A stretch of DNA of 64,000 nt from Gammaproteobacteria bacterium (GTDB lineage Bacteria; Pseudomonadota; Gammaproteobacteria; Eutrophobiales; Eutrophobiaceae): NCBI GenBank assembly GCA_965116495.1, contig OZ220696.1:224001-288000 (forward strand), read 5' to 3'. The notes beneath the pieces are model-generated. The model saw only the letters and a program-made list of their open reading frames with translations. It did not search any database and was not told the DNA's origin. Both the position numbers and the translations under genes were made by a program. Below are positions 38,769 to 48,483 of this stretch, in pieces (positions within the stretch are counted from its first letter, which is position 1; each line of letters opens with the position of its first letter).

Positions 38769-39854
38769 ATGGCTGAAACAACAGATGTCAGTACCGGATT
38801 AAAACCGGAATTTGTCGCGGTGGTCGATAAAATCTACCGTGATTTATGTAACCTGCAACCTGGAACCAGGGTATTGATCATCGCTGATTCCCGTACGCCT
38901 GAACATGTTGTTTCACTGTTTATGGGCATGGGCATGGCAATGGGCGCCGAGGTATCGGTATCGCGGAACAAGATGCCGCCACCGCCGTCATTGCAACCGG
39001 GATATGTGTGGAATCCCATGGTAGTAGCGGCCGCGCGTGAAGCGGACCTGATCGTCGACCTGGCTGTAGGCTATGCAGAGTTCATGGCGGAAGCGGTTGA
39101 GCGGGGCGCCCGGATTATTTCGCCGGGTGACGGTACCGGTGGGCATCATCTTGAAGATACCCTGATCCGGACCATGTTGAACGTGGACATACACGCCCTG
39201 CGTAAGGAAGCCCAGGAAATTGCTGAAATGTTTACTCAGGCAAACAGTTTGCGGATGACTTCGGAGGAGGGTACGGATTTCGAGTTGGATATTCAGGGAC
39301 TGGAAGGAATTTCATCAGATGAGTTCCTTTGGGACCCAGACCTGAAAAAATGGACGGGCACCTGGGCGTCGTTGCCGCCGGCAGCGCCGGGTATTGTTAT
39401 CCCCAAGGGCAGGGGCAACGGCGTGCTGGCCGTTGACGGTTTCCTGCTCTATGAACCGGCTTATGATCATGAAACGCCGAATTCGCCGATACTGCTGACT
39501 TTTGAACAGGGCAGGATCATGGATATCCAGGGGGCAGCCTTATTCCGGGATCGACTCAAGAACTGGCTGGATGCGCAACCGGACGACTCGCCGCGTTACG
39601 GACCTGTACACCTGAACCTGGGTACAAACTCAAGGGCTATGCTGACGCAACACCAGGAATTTGAAAAACTGCGCGGCACCGTTTGTTGCGGGATCGGTGA
39701 CAGCAGCCTGCTCACGCGTATGTGGCATGGTTCCGACCTTGAACCCGTCGTATCCCATATCCACTGGGACATATTGCTTATGCGACCCACGGTTATGCTG
39801 GATGAGCAGACTATCTGTGAAAAAGGCGTTATTCCTGCCGATTTAATAGTCTGA
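38769..39854 (+). CDS. M29-peptidase/NicX-fold metalloenzyme (paralogue 2)
   Basis: Colinear with 36694-37776 (LKP.F, IYRD.CNLQP, DLAVGYA, FLWDPD.K.W, GPVH.N.G, HWD). Confidence 0.75.
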   Translation: MAETTDVSTGLKPEFVAVVDKIYRDLCNLQPGTRVLIIADSRTPEHVVSLFMGMGMAMGAEVSVSRNKMPPPPSLQPGYVWNPMVVAAAREADLIVDLAVGYAEFMAEAVERGARIISPGDGTGGHHLEDTLIRTMLNVDIHALRKEAQEIAEMFTQANSLRMTSEEGTDFELDIQGLEGISSDEFLWDPDLKKWTGTWASLPPAAPGIVIPKGRGNGVLAVDGFLLYEPAYDHETPNSPILLTFEQGRIMDIQGAALFRDRLKNWLDAQPDDSPRYGPVHLNLGTNSRAMLTQHQEFEKLRGTVCCGIGDSSLLTRMWHGSDLEPVVSHIHWDILLMRPTVMLDEQTICEKGVIPADLIV

Positions 39855-41057
39855 CTGGTTTCCTGCCTGGGCAGGAAAAGGTTGAGCACGTTCTTTATTG
39901 ATAGTTGAAAACACCAGAATAAGGATGGCGCTGATGATGAAACCAATAATCGTCATGAGGATGGATGAATCGAATTTACCATCCTCCAGGAAAAGTGAAA
40001 CCAGTGCCGGTCCGGAAGAAAAACCTAGCCACATGATCAGGTTCCCCCATAATACGCCGCGGCCTGACGGCGTCATTCGGCCCAGCAGGATAAAGTAATA
40101 CGGCGTGAGAAAGGTGATGGAGAAGTTGAACATCGCCGTGGCACAAAAAAAGACGGTTAATGATGCCGAGTGAAACAGGAAGAATGTACTTATCGTTATC
40201 AAAACCGTACCGGCCAGGATCGGCTTAATCTCGCCCAAACGGCCGCCGATCGCTGCCGCACAAAATACCCCTGCCAAAGCCACTAGTTGGCTAGCGCCCA
40301 CTACCGGGCCTACGGTTTTGGCGGCGTGGCCGTAAGAAACGCCAAGCCGTTCAAAGTAGGCCCAGATACCGGCATTGGCAGCGTAGTTTATGAACAATGC
40401 CAGCAAGAGAACACCAAGACCGAGCCATGGAACCTGGTTATCGGTTAGAGGTTTACTGTTTTCTTCACCTACAGGTAATGGGTGAGGGTCTTCCGGGTAA
40501 TACAACAGCAGGAAGGGTACGGCAGCAATACAGATCAGGATAATCGTGTAATAGGCGCCGGAGACGCCGTAATACGGGTAAATCAGGGGTAGAAAGGACA
40601 ACCCCAGGGCGCTCATGAAATAAGGTGAGCCGTATAGTATGGCGGTGGTTCGTTCCACGTCCCGGACCCTGGTGACGGCTATAGCCGCGGTACACCAGGT
40701 AATGCCGGCGACAAAACCGGATATGAAGCGGCAGGCGGAAAATATTGCCAGGCTGCCAAAAGCAAAGATGGTCATGAGGTTACACAGAACGAGTATGCAT
40801 AAACAGAACAGTGCAATCCGTTTAAGATTTAATCCCGGGCGGTGCAGGTACAAAGTGGATGCTACAGTGCCCAGTGATGTTGCCCAGAATTCCAGTGATG
40901 CCAGCCTGCCCGCGGTTTCCAGGGAGAATTCCAGGTAGTCGACCAGGGCGCCGATAATTGAAGGAGCGAATGGCGTAAACGCATTGCCGGCAGTACCGAC
41001 CATGAGGATACTGAAGGCGACTATAAGCCTGTGCTTAAGGTCAGTACTGTCTCTCAT
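39843..41057 (-). CDS. MFS transporter
   Basis: About 12 hydrophobic segments, RFISG, WAYFERLG. Confidence 0.88.
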   Translation of the reverse strand: MRDSTDLKHRLIVAFSILMVGTAGNAFTPFAPSIIGALVDYLEFSLETAGRLASLEFWATSLGTVASTLYLHRPGLNLKRIALFCLCILVLCNLMTIFAFGSLAIFSACRFISGFVAGITWCTAAIAVTRVRDVERTTAILYGSPYFMSALGLSFLPLIYPYYGVSGAYYTIILICIAAVPFLLLYYPEDPHPLPVGEENSKPLTDNQVPWLGLGVLLLALFINYAANAGIWAYFERLGVSYGHAAKTVGPVVGASQLVALAGVFCAAAIGGRLGEIKPILAGTVLITISTFFLFHSASLTVFFCATAMFNFSITFLTPYYFILLGRMTPSGRGVLWGNLIMWLGFSSGPALVSLFLEDGKFDSSILMTIIGFIISAILILVFSTINKERAQPFPAQAGNQSDY

Positions 41058-41096
41058 CGGTCCGGTTCATATCCATAATGCATAAAGGAACGGAAG

Positions 41097-42206
41097 TCAT
41101 TCCGTCCTTACGCTTTCCAGTCTTTGTTCTACAGGTATGTACTCCACGTCAATGCCAAAGCACCCTGGACCGATAACTTTCAGGGCCTGTTCGGTACGCA
41201 GGATTTCCGGAGCAAGAATACCCATAATGGTGACGCGTTGTCCGTAACGCAGCGTTTCCTGGGTGATTGGCTGCACCGTGTCATTGTCCAGCATACAGAT
41301 CAGGTCGGGCACCGTGGCCAGCATATGGGTTCCCAGTCTCGCGGTCAGGAATTCATTCTGAATGTCCATGGTCATTGTCTCTCCATCATCACCGAACTCC
41401 TGCAGGGTGACAATTCCGACGTCATAGCCGCCTTTTACCTGGCGATCAACATCGATTACCTTGCCCTCAAACAAGACATTCGCTTTACCGTAATGGGCGG
41501 CCTGCAAAATTGCATCCAGTTCCTGCCTGAAATTTCTCATGTTGCCATGGTTTTCCCGCAGACAACGACCCAGGCGTAAACTCAGGCTGATCGTATCCGG
41601 GACAGAGACCTGTTTTACCGTACTACCGTCTATAATGTGTTCCGCGCTGTAACAGGTTCCTCCTCCACCCAGGATGGTGAACTGCCGGATCAGTTTTTCA
41701 GCCGTTGCCGCGTCAGTCATGTTCATGATGGCACTGTTGCCTTCATTACCCACCAGTGTAAGAGGTGTCGCGGAGACGCCGTAGATACTGAATGTCTCCA
41801 TTTGCATTTCGGGAAAGGCGCGACCCATGCCATCCGCATCCAGTACCGGTATCTTCAGTTGCGAAGCAGTCATTACCGGGATCAGTGAATTAAAACCGCC
41901 TGCTTCAAATGCGATCAATGCATCTGCTTTGCGGCCGACGTATTCCTCGAGCAAACGTAGCGCGGCTATCACTTCCGTTCCATTTGATACCTTTTCATTC
42001 ATGATGGAAGGGGCGCCGACCCCTCCCACGGCGATGACCATCGCATTATCGCTTATTGCATGGAGTGGAATTAAATCCACATCCCCGTGTTCACGTAATA
42101 CCCGTTCCGTCACCATGCGGCCGACCATGACATCACCTCCACCCCCACAGGCGAGAAAGGCGCCGCCCAGTGCAATATCAGCAACGTCATTCCAGGTGAT
42201 TTTCAT
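41097..42206 (-). CDS. DUF917 family protein
   Basis: G.AFL.CGGGG, GAPS...EK, EAGG.N, DADGMGRAFPE, QNE.L, PDLI, LRYG. Confidence 0.9.
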   Translation of the reverse strand: MKITWNDVADIALGGAFLACGGGGDVMVGRMVTERVLREHGDVDLIPLHAISDNAMVIAVGGVGAPSIMNEKVSNGTEVIAALRLLEEYVGRKADALIAFEAGGFNSLIPVMTASQLKIPVLDADGMGRAFPEMQMETFSIYGVSATPLTLVGNEGNSAIMNMTDAATAEKLIRQFTILGGGGTCYSAEHIIDGSTVKQVSVPDTISLSLRLGRCLRENHGNMRNFRQELDAILQAAHYGKANVLFEGKVIDVDRQVKGGYDVGIVTLQEFGDDGETMTMDIQNEFLTARLGTHMLATVPDLICMLDNDTVQPITQETLRYGQRVTIMGILAPEILRTEQALKVIGPGCFGIDVEYIPVEQRLESVRTE

Positions 42207-43744
42207 ATTTTCATCTCGCCCACGGCCTTTACCCGTAACCTGACAATGGGATCTTCGAGATAGCTGATGGGTATTTCATCCACTTCAGTGATCTCAATGG
42301 TTGCTTCCTCCGCGCCGGCCGCTATTGTCCGTTCAATAGCTTGTCTGCGAACTTCATCGTGGGCTGAACTGCGTCCCTGGTCACCCCGGGAATATACTAT
42401 CTCGGCTTCAGCGCCAATTTTGCCTATGGCGGCGCCGACCGCGTTGGCTACATCTGCATACTCAGGCCGGACCACTTCCGTTATTCCGGGAAGATCGTCA
42501 GGGATAAGAAAACTGCCGCCCCCCACGGCGATCAACGGGAGAGGATCCGGGCTGGTCTTCATCCGGTCAACTACGCTCGTATACATCTCGAACATGGTAG
42601 CCATGGCCGTATCTATCACGGTTGTGTCAATGTCTGTCAACAGGTCTGCCCGGCCAATGCCGATTTGTCCGGCGGCGCAGGCAATATCCGTGGCAGTCAG
42701 TATCTCACCGGCAAAGCATTTCGCTTTTTTTGTCAACTCGTGGCCTACAGACAACGGCCCCAGTTTGTTCCCCTGTTGTTCGACGCGACTCCCCCCGCCC
42801 AGGCCGATAGCCAGGACATCCGGCATGCGAAAATTGGTCAATACACCGCCTATTTCCACCTCGATACCGGAGCGGCGGGGGAAGCCGTTCATCAGCATGC
42901 CTACATCACTGGTAGTTCCCCCTACGTCTATGACCATGGCATCTGCAAGTCCGGTAAGGTGTGCAGCACCTCGCATGGAATTGGTCGGACCGGAAGAAAT
43001 CGTGAGTACCGGATAGCGCGTGGCAAAGTCCGCTTCCATCAAGGTGCCGTCGTTCTGGCTGATAAACAGTTTTGCAGACAGCCCCAGTTCACCGAAAGCT
43101 GAGCGAAATGCCTGTATGGTGCTTGCTGCCAGCGGCATCAATGCCGCGTTGAGCAAGGTGGCATTTTCTCTTTGATAAATACCTATGCCACCCAGTTCAC
43201 TGGAAAGGGAAACGTAATGCGTCAACTGTCTTTTTGTGGCCTGTTGCCCTATCCAGAGTTCGGTTTCCGGGTTGACGGACGAGAACATGCCGCATACGGA
43301 CAATGAATCCGGTCCGGTCCGGACTATTTCTTCACAGGCCGTGTTGAATGCGTCCTCATCGAAAGTGGTAATTGGCTTACCGTCGAATTCATGACCGCCA
43401 TTTATCATGGCGGCGTGTCCCTTGACTGCCTCTTCCAGGTCGGGCGGCCAATCATAAAACGGAGGCAGGGCCGAGGTTGACTGCGCGCCTACCCGCAGCG
43501 CTGCCACCCTGGCCAGGCCGCGGCGTTGTACAACGGCATTGGTAAATTGCGTTGTGCCAATCATGACGGCTGCAATAGAAGAACCCGGTACCCGGGCATC
43601 AGAAAGAACTGTCTTTGCAGCCGCGACAATACCACTTGCTATATCAGTGCTGGTCGATGCTTTAAATGTAGCGATAATATCCTTGCCATCCATGATAACC
43701 GCGTCGGTATGGGTGCTGCCGACGTCAATTCCTATTCGCCGCAT
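42203..43744 (-). CDS. Hydantoinase/oxoprolinase family protein
   Basis: IGIDVG.T.TDAV, IGTT.FTNA, RENA.LLNA, SGPTNS.RGAA, DVGGTT.D, VANAVGAA; ATG 43744 is the likely start because the ORF-track extension lies inside the MITE. Confidence 0.92.
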   Translation of the reverse strand: MRRIGIDVGSTHTDAVIMDGKDIIATFKASTSTDIASGIVAAAKTVLSDARVPGSSIAAVMIGTTQFTNAVVQRRGLARVAALRVGAQSTSALPPFYDWPPDLEEAVKGHAAMINGGHEFDGKPITTFDEDAFNTACEEIVRTGPDSLSVCGMFSSVNPETELWIGQQATKRQLTHYVSLSSELGGIGIYQRENATLLNAALMPLAASTIQAFRSAFGELGLSAKLFISQNDGTLMEADFATRYPVLTISSGPTNSMRGAAHLTGLADAMVIDVGGTTSDVGMLMNGFPRRSGIEVEIGGVLTNFRMPDVLAIGLGGGSRVEQQGNKLGPLSVGHELTKKAKCFAGEILTATDIACAAGQIGIGRADLLTDIDTTVIDTAMATMFEMYTSVVDRMKTSPDPLPLIAVGGGSFLIPDDLPGITEVVRPEYADVANAVGAAIGKIGAEAEIVYSRGDQGRSSAHDEVRRQAIERTIAAGAEEATIEITEVDEIPISYLEDPIVRLRVKAVGEMKI

Positions 43745-43753
43745 CGGATAATG

Positions 43754-44016
43754 GTACTCTTTCAACTTAATATTGACATGTTCAGCGGGTCGGGAAGCGG
43801 TTGAGCGCCAGGCACGCCGCGCAGGTAATGGCGCGCCCTTGCCAAGCGGCGTAACGCCGCGGGCGACCGCTTCCCGGCCCGCCCGCAGGGAGCCACACAG
43901 CGGCGCCAATACGGCGTTGCAGCCCTTGACAAGGGCGCGCCATTCTCTGCGGGCTGCGCCTTGTCTTGACGCCGCTGTGTGGCTCTGAACATGTCAATAT
44001 TAAGTTGAAAGAGCAC
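43754..44016. mobile_element. 263-bp MITE, copy 2
   Basis: About 97% identical to 13822-14084, same orientation, 32-bp TIRs with one mismatch, followed by TAG. Confidence 0.9.
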
Positions 44017-44042
44017 TAGTCCTGTCAAGCAATGGTCGCCGG

Positions 44043-45269
44043 TTAGTTCGGGCGTTTGTAGAACTTGCCCGATTTCATGATGTGGGTAATCGTGGCATCC
44101 GGTTGTTGCAGGATCGAAATGTTGCGCAACGGATTACCGTCCACGATTAATATATCAGCCAAGGCGCCGGGTTTAATACAACCCAGCCTGGCATCCATAT
44201 TCAGCAGTTCAGCATTGATTTTCGTCGCAGACCGTAATATTTCAAACGGTGACAGTACCTCGGCGCGAATCTCAAATTCACGGGACTGCATATCATGTAA
44301 AGGGCCGAACAAGTCTGTCCCAAACCCGGTACTGGTTCCTGCTTCTTTTAAATTTTCCAGGCTTTTAAGCCCCGCCTGGTGAACCACCGAGACTTTTTTC
44401 GAACTGTATTCAGGCAAGCCTATTTCTTTCCCGCGGTCTATCATCGCCTGGTAGGTTACCAGGGTAGGATTAACGAAGGCGTTGGATCGTGTGGCAAGTA
44501 ACGCTGTTTCCAATTCAATGAAATTGGCGTGTTCTATGGAACGAACACCGCATTCCAGCGACCTGCGGATTGCTTCATCGCTGTATGCGTGAGCGAGGAC
44601 GTAAGTTCCACGGTGTTCAGCTTCTTCAACGGCAGCGCGTATTTCATCTTCTGAATATTGCAGGCCCAGGAGAGGGTCGCTTGGGGAGGTAACCCCGCCG
44701 GAAGCCATGATTTTAATTGCATGGGCGCCTTTGCGTAATTCCTCCCGAGCCGCTTTTCTTACCGCCGACACACCATCGGCTACAATGGTCATGCCGGCCC
44801 CGCTACATGAGCAGGCAACAGCATTATTGCCCGGCTCCCTGAAGTCGCCGTGCCCGCCGGTTTGGCTGAGACCGCGACCGCAATGAAACAACCTTGGGCC
44901 GATAATCAAATCTTCCTCCACCGCTCTTGACAGCCCGCTATCGGCGCCGGCGGCATCACGGATGGAAGTAAAACCCCGAAACAACATTTCCCGCATCAGT
45001 CTCGCAGCTTTCAACGCTACCCATGACGGCGGCAGTTCCTGAAGCCGGGCAGGGGAGACGTCGTGGTCGGTTACGTGGACGTGGGCGTCGATCAATCCCG
45101 GCATAAGCGTCTTGCCTTTTACATCGACTATTTCTGCCGAAGCAGACCGGAGCGGCCGATCCGACACCTCACGGATGTCCGTTCCTTCAACAAGGACATG
45201 ATAACCCTGCTTGACTTCGTCCACTTCTCCGTCAAACAGGTTTGCGTTGGTAAACAGTGTTGGGACCAT
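44043..45269 (-). CDS. Metal-dependent amidohydrolase (Xaa-Pro dipeptidase-like subgroup)
   Basis: PGLIDAHVH, GFTSIRDAAG, SQTGGHGD, IKIMASGG, AHAY, IEH, GTD. Confidence 0.92.
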   Translation of the reverse strand: MVPTLFTNANLFDGEVDEVKQGYHVLVEGTDIREVSDRPLRSASAEIVDVKGKTLMPGLIDAHVHVTDHDVSPARLQELPPSWVALKAARLMREMLFRGFTSIRDAAGADSGLSRAVEEDLIIGPRLFHCGRGLSQTGGHGDFREPGNNAVACSCSGAGMTIVADGVSAVRKAAREELRKGAHAIKIMASGGVTSPSDPLLGLQYSEDEIRAAVEEAEHRGTYVLAHAYSDEAIRRSLECGVRSIEHANFIELETALLATRSNAFVNPTLVTYQAMIDRGKEIGLPEYSSKKVSVVHQAGLKSLENLKEAGTSTGFGTDLFGPLHDMQSREFEIRAEVLSPFEILRSATKINAELLNMDARLGCIKPGALADILIVDGNPLRNISILQQPDATITHIMKSGKFYKRPN

Positions 45270-45368
45270 TTGTTATTTACATCCGGATGCAATAATATAA
45301 TTATACAACGATTGGCCAGTATCTTATTTATCCTTTTGTCCATCAAGGTAGTTAGGGGGGATTAAACA

Positions 45369-47762
45369 ATGAAAACGTTCATTCGCAAACCGCTTGTTAT
45401 TGCTGTAGGTCTTGCAATACAGTCGATTTCTGTCCAGGCGCAGGAGGAAGCTTCGGGTGCGGTTCTGGAAGAGATACTCGTCACCGCCAATCGCCGGTCA
45501 GAATCAGCACTGGATGTTCCCTATAACGTCACTGCATTATCCGCCGACCAGCTTGAAGCAGCGGGCGTCAGTGACATTTCCGGGATGCTTCGCATGGTGC
45601 CGGGTCTCAGTTCATTCGATGAAGGACCACGGGTGTCGGGTAATCGGAACAATTTTAATATTCGCGGATTAAATGCCAACAACCTCGGCAATGAGGACGA
45701 TAACCCCCGTATCGGTCAGGCAACGGTTTCAACCTACGTGGGCGAGACGCCGGTATTTTTTCCATTAAAACTCGTTGATCTCGATCGAGTAGAGGTATTA
45801 CGAGGACCGCAGGGCACACTCTATGGCTCAGGTTCGGTTGGTGGCACGGTCAGATTTATTCCTAATAAACCGGAGTTTGACGGGTTCACGCTGGATGTGA
45901 ATGCAGAAGCTTCCCTGACCAAGAAATCCGACGATGTCGGCTACGAGGGAAATTTCACCGTCAACGTACCGCTCAGCGAAGCATTCGCAGTGCGGGCTAC
46001 CGCCGGTTATGAAGAGATTCCCGGTTTCATCGATGCGCTCGGCCTGGTACAGCAGACGGGTACGCCGGAAGATCCTGGAGCAGTGGTGCTGGCTGACCCC
46101 GGAGATATTCTCGGCAGCCTGCCTGCATATGGTCCCGAAAAGGAAGACGTCAACGATGCAGAAGTTACTTTTGCCCGTGTCAGTCTGCGTTTCCTTCCCA
46201 GCGATCGGTTGGATGTGAATGTGAATTACCATTATCAACAGACCAAAGTAGGCAGTCGCTACGAAGATAACCCGGAATATGGAACCGGTGAAGAGTACGT
46301 TATGTACAAGGCATTTACCGACCCGCATGATGCATCCATACAACTGGGTAATATTGATATGGAGTTCGACCTCGGATTTGCCAGGTTGACGTCGGCGTCT
46401 GCGTATTCCGAGATTAATATAGACAGCGTTTCTGAATCATCCGGATTTCTGAGAACCAATATTCCGCAGTATTACTTCGGTCTGCCCCGTATTATTTCGC
46501 CGATTATCCGCGGTCAAAACTCGCAGACATTTACCCAGGAAATCCGCTTGGTATCAGAGGCTGGAGGAAGGTTTGAATGGGTAGCAGGCGGGTTTTACCT
46601 GGAGAACGACCTGGATTTCGACTTGTTTCAACCCCTGTTTGGCGTAAATGATTACGCCAATGCGTATTTTGGTTTGAATCCCCCTTTGAATTTTACCGAC
46701 ACATTGGCAACGGGTGGCACCGAACAGGAATTCAGGGATATGGCCGTGTTTGGCGAATTGACCGTGAATATCACCGATCGCTGGCAGGTCACCGGTGGAA
46801 TCCGTATCTTCGATCAGGAACTGGATGGAACTTCGGGCATCCCGCTGCCGTTTGCATCCCGGACATTTGAATTTTTCTATTACGGTAGTGCAACGGATGA
46901 TTTTCTGCTCGGTGGTATCAACCCGACGGAAAACGAGGTGTCGGATGAAATATTCAAGGTGAATACCTCTTACGAAGTGACTGATGACATGTTGGCCTTT
47001 TTTACCTGGTCCCAGGGCTTTCGGGCTGGCGGCGCCAACCAGTTGCCAGAGATAGATCCGTTTGGTAACGACTATTCCGATATTCTCCGGTTTCAATCAG
47101 ATGATGCGGAGAACTACGAAATCGGAATCAAGGGTACCTGGAACGCGCAGGTCAATTACACGGCCACGGCATTCTGGGTGGACTGGACGAATTTTCAATC
47201 AACCCTGTTTTCACCATTCGGCATCGCCTTTGTGGACAACATAGGCGGCGCTCGGTCCCGCGGCCTGGAACTGGAATTGAATGGCTACCTGACCGACCAA
47301 CTTGGATTCGGGCTCAGCTATACCTATATAGATGCAGAGACCACCGATCCGTTCGAGCAGCAGTCAGGCAATCCTGCGACCACGGTTCCGGATGGTACGA
47401 CATTGCCGGGTTCATCGGAGAGCACGTTTTTCGGCCATCTCCAGTACGAATATCCCCTGGCGACATCAAAACTCGTCTTTTATACGGATTTGGCTTACCG
47501 CAGTGACACCAACAGCGCCTTTATCGATCAACCGTTGCTTGCATCTGAAAATTTTGTACCGCTGGATGGTTTCGCGGTCTGGAATCTTTCCGTTACCTGG
47601 GCCAGGGATAATTACAGTATTACCGCATTCGGGGAAAATGTTTCAAACACCCGTGCAACCTCGGTTGTGTCATCACCGGATTCCTTTGGTGAGCAGGATC
47701 AGGGATATGGAGTGATCAAACCCCAGACCTTCGGATTACGCTTCAAATGGTCTTATCAGTGA
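45369..47762 (+). CDS. TonB-dependent receptor
   Basis: Signal peptide, TonB box LEEILVTA, RVEVLRGPQGTLYG, C-terminal P.TFG..F.W.Y. Confidence 0.95.
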   Translation: MKTFIRKPLVIAVGLAIQSISVQAQEEASGAVLEEILVTANRRSESALDVPYNVTALSADQLEAAGVSDISGMLRMVPGLSSFDEGPRVSGNRNNFNIRGLNANNLGNEDDNPRIGQATVSTYVGETPVFFPLKLVDLDRVEVLRGPQGTLYGSGSVGGTVRFIPNKPEFDGFTLDVNAEASLTKKSDDVGYEGNFTVNVPLSEAFAVRATAGYEEIPGFIDALGLVQQTGTPEDPGAVVLADPGDILGSLPAYGPEKEDVNDAEVTFARVSLRFLPSDRLDVNVNYHYQQTKVGSRYEDNPEYGTGEEYVMYKAFTDPHDASIQLGNIDMEFDLGFARLTSASAYSEINIDSVSESSGFLRTNIPQYYFGLPRIISPIIRGQNSQTFTQEIRLVSEAGGRFEWVAGGFYLENDLDFDLFQPLFGVNDYANAYFGLNPPLNFTDTLATGGTEQEFRDMAVFGELTVNITDRWQVTGGIRIFDQELDGTSGIPLPFASRTFEFFYYGSATDDFLLGGINPTENEVSDEIFKVNTSYEVTDDMLAFFTWSQGFRAGGANQLPEIDPFGNDYSDILRFQSDDAENYEIGIKGTWNAQVNYTATAFWVDWTNFQSTLFSPFGIAFVDNIGGARSRGLELELNGYLTDQLGFGLSYTYIDAETTDPFEQQSGNPATTVPDGTTLPGSSESTFFGHLQYEYPLATSKLVFYTDLAYRSDTNSAFIDQPLLASENFVPLDGFAVWNLSVTWARDNYSITAFGENVSNTRATSVVSSPDSFGEQDQGYGVIKPQTFGLRFKWSYQ

Positions 47763-47811
47763 TGAGGGTTATATATCTCTGAACAAAAAACAACCAATCC
47801 GCGTTTGCGCA

Positions 47812-48483
47812 ATGATTGCCATACGCGCCGGATTGGAGTCATGGGGCGCGGTAACCCGGGAGCTTGTTGATGAAATTATAGCTCCCGATGTTGAAGTAAC
47901 CATTCGGGATCTGCCTGACGCCCCTGTCACTTCTATCATGAGCGCCTGTGATCATGACCTTGTCGCGCCGTATAATGTCCAGGCTGCAATTCAGGCAGAA
48001 CAGGAGGGTTTCGATGCCATTACCACGGGTTGTTTGCTTGACCCCGGCATTGAAGCCATGAAAGAAGCCGTGGACAGGCTCGTTGTCGTGGGGGATTGTG
48101 AAGCCGTAATGCATCTGGGCTCTCTGTTGGGACGCCGAATCTGCGTTTTACTTCCGAACAAAACAACCTCCGGTTTGATTACATTCAACGTATTTGAAGA
48201 TCTGGTGCGTAAATACGGATTCCAGGACAAGCTGGCCTCCATACGCGCTGTTCAATCCACCAGCCTGGATTTTGCAGCCGAACGGGACGACCTGCCGGGG
48301 AAAATGCTGGAACAGGCGCGACTTGCAATCAGGGAAGACAGGGCGGACGTGATCGTAGGTTACGGCAGTTTGACGGTTATTAATCATTTGCGTGCGCACC
48401 TCGCCGTGCCCGTCCTCGAATCAATACAATGTACATTATCCCTGGCGACTGAACTGGTTCGACATCGCGATTGGCAGGAATAA
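47812..48483 (+). CDS. Asp/Glu/hydantoin racemase family protein (4), second catalytic Cys missing
   Basis: GFDAI.TGCLLDPG, LASIR, ADVIVGYGS, VPVLE. Confidence 0.8.
   Translation: MIAIRAGLESWGAVTRELVDEIIAPDVEVTIRDLPDAPVTSIMSACDHDLVAPYNVQAAIQAEQEGFDAITTGCLLDPGIEAMKEAVDRLVVVGDCEAVMHLGSLLGRRICVLLPNKTTSGLITFNVFEDLVRKYGFQDKLASIRAVQSTSLDFAAERDDLPGKMLEQARLAIREDRADVIVGYGSLTVINHLRAHLAVPVLESIQCTLSLATELVRHRDWQE

Noticed and set aside
13822-44016. Composite transposon bounded by the two same-orientation MITEs
   Set aside because: The second copy lies inside the catabolic operon, the copies differ at 8 sites, and the outer flanks show no shared duplication; independent insertions are more plausible
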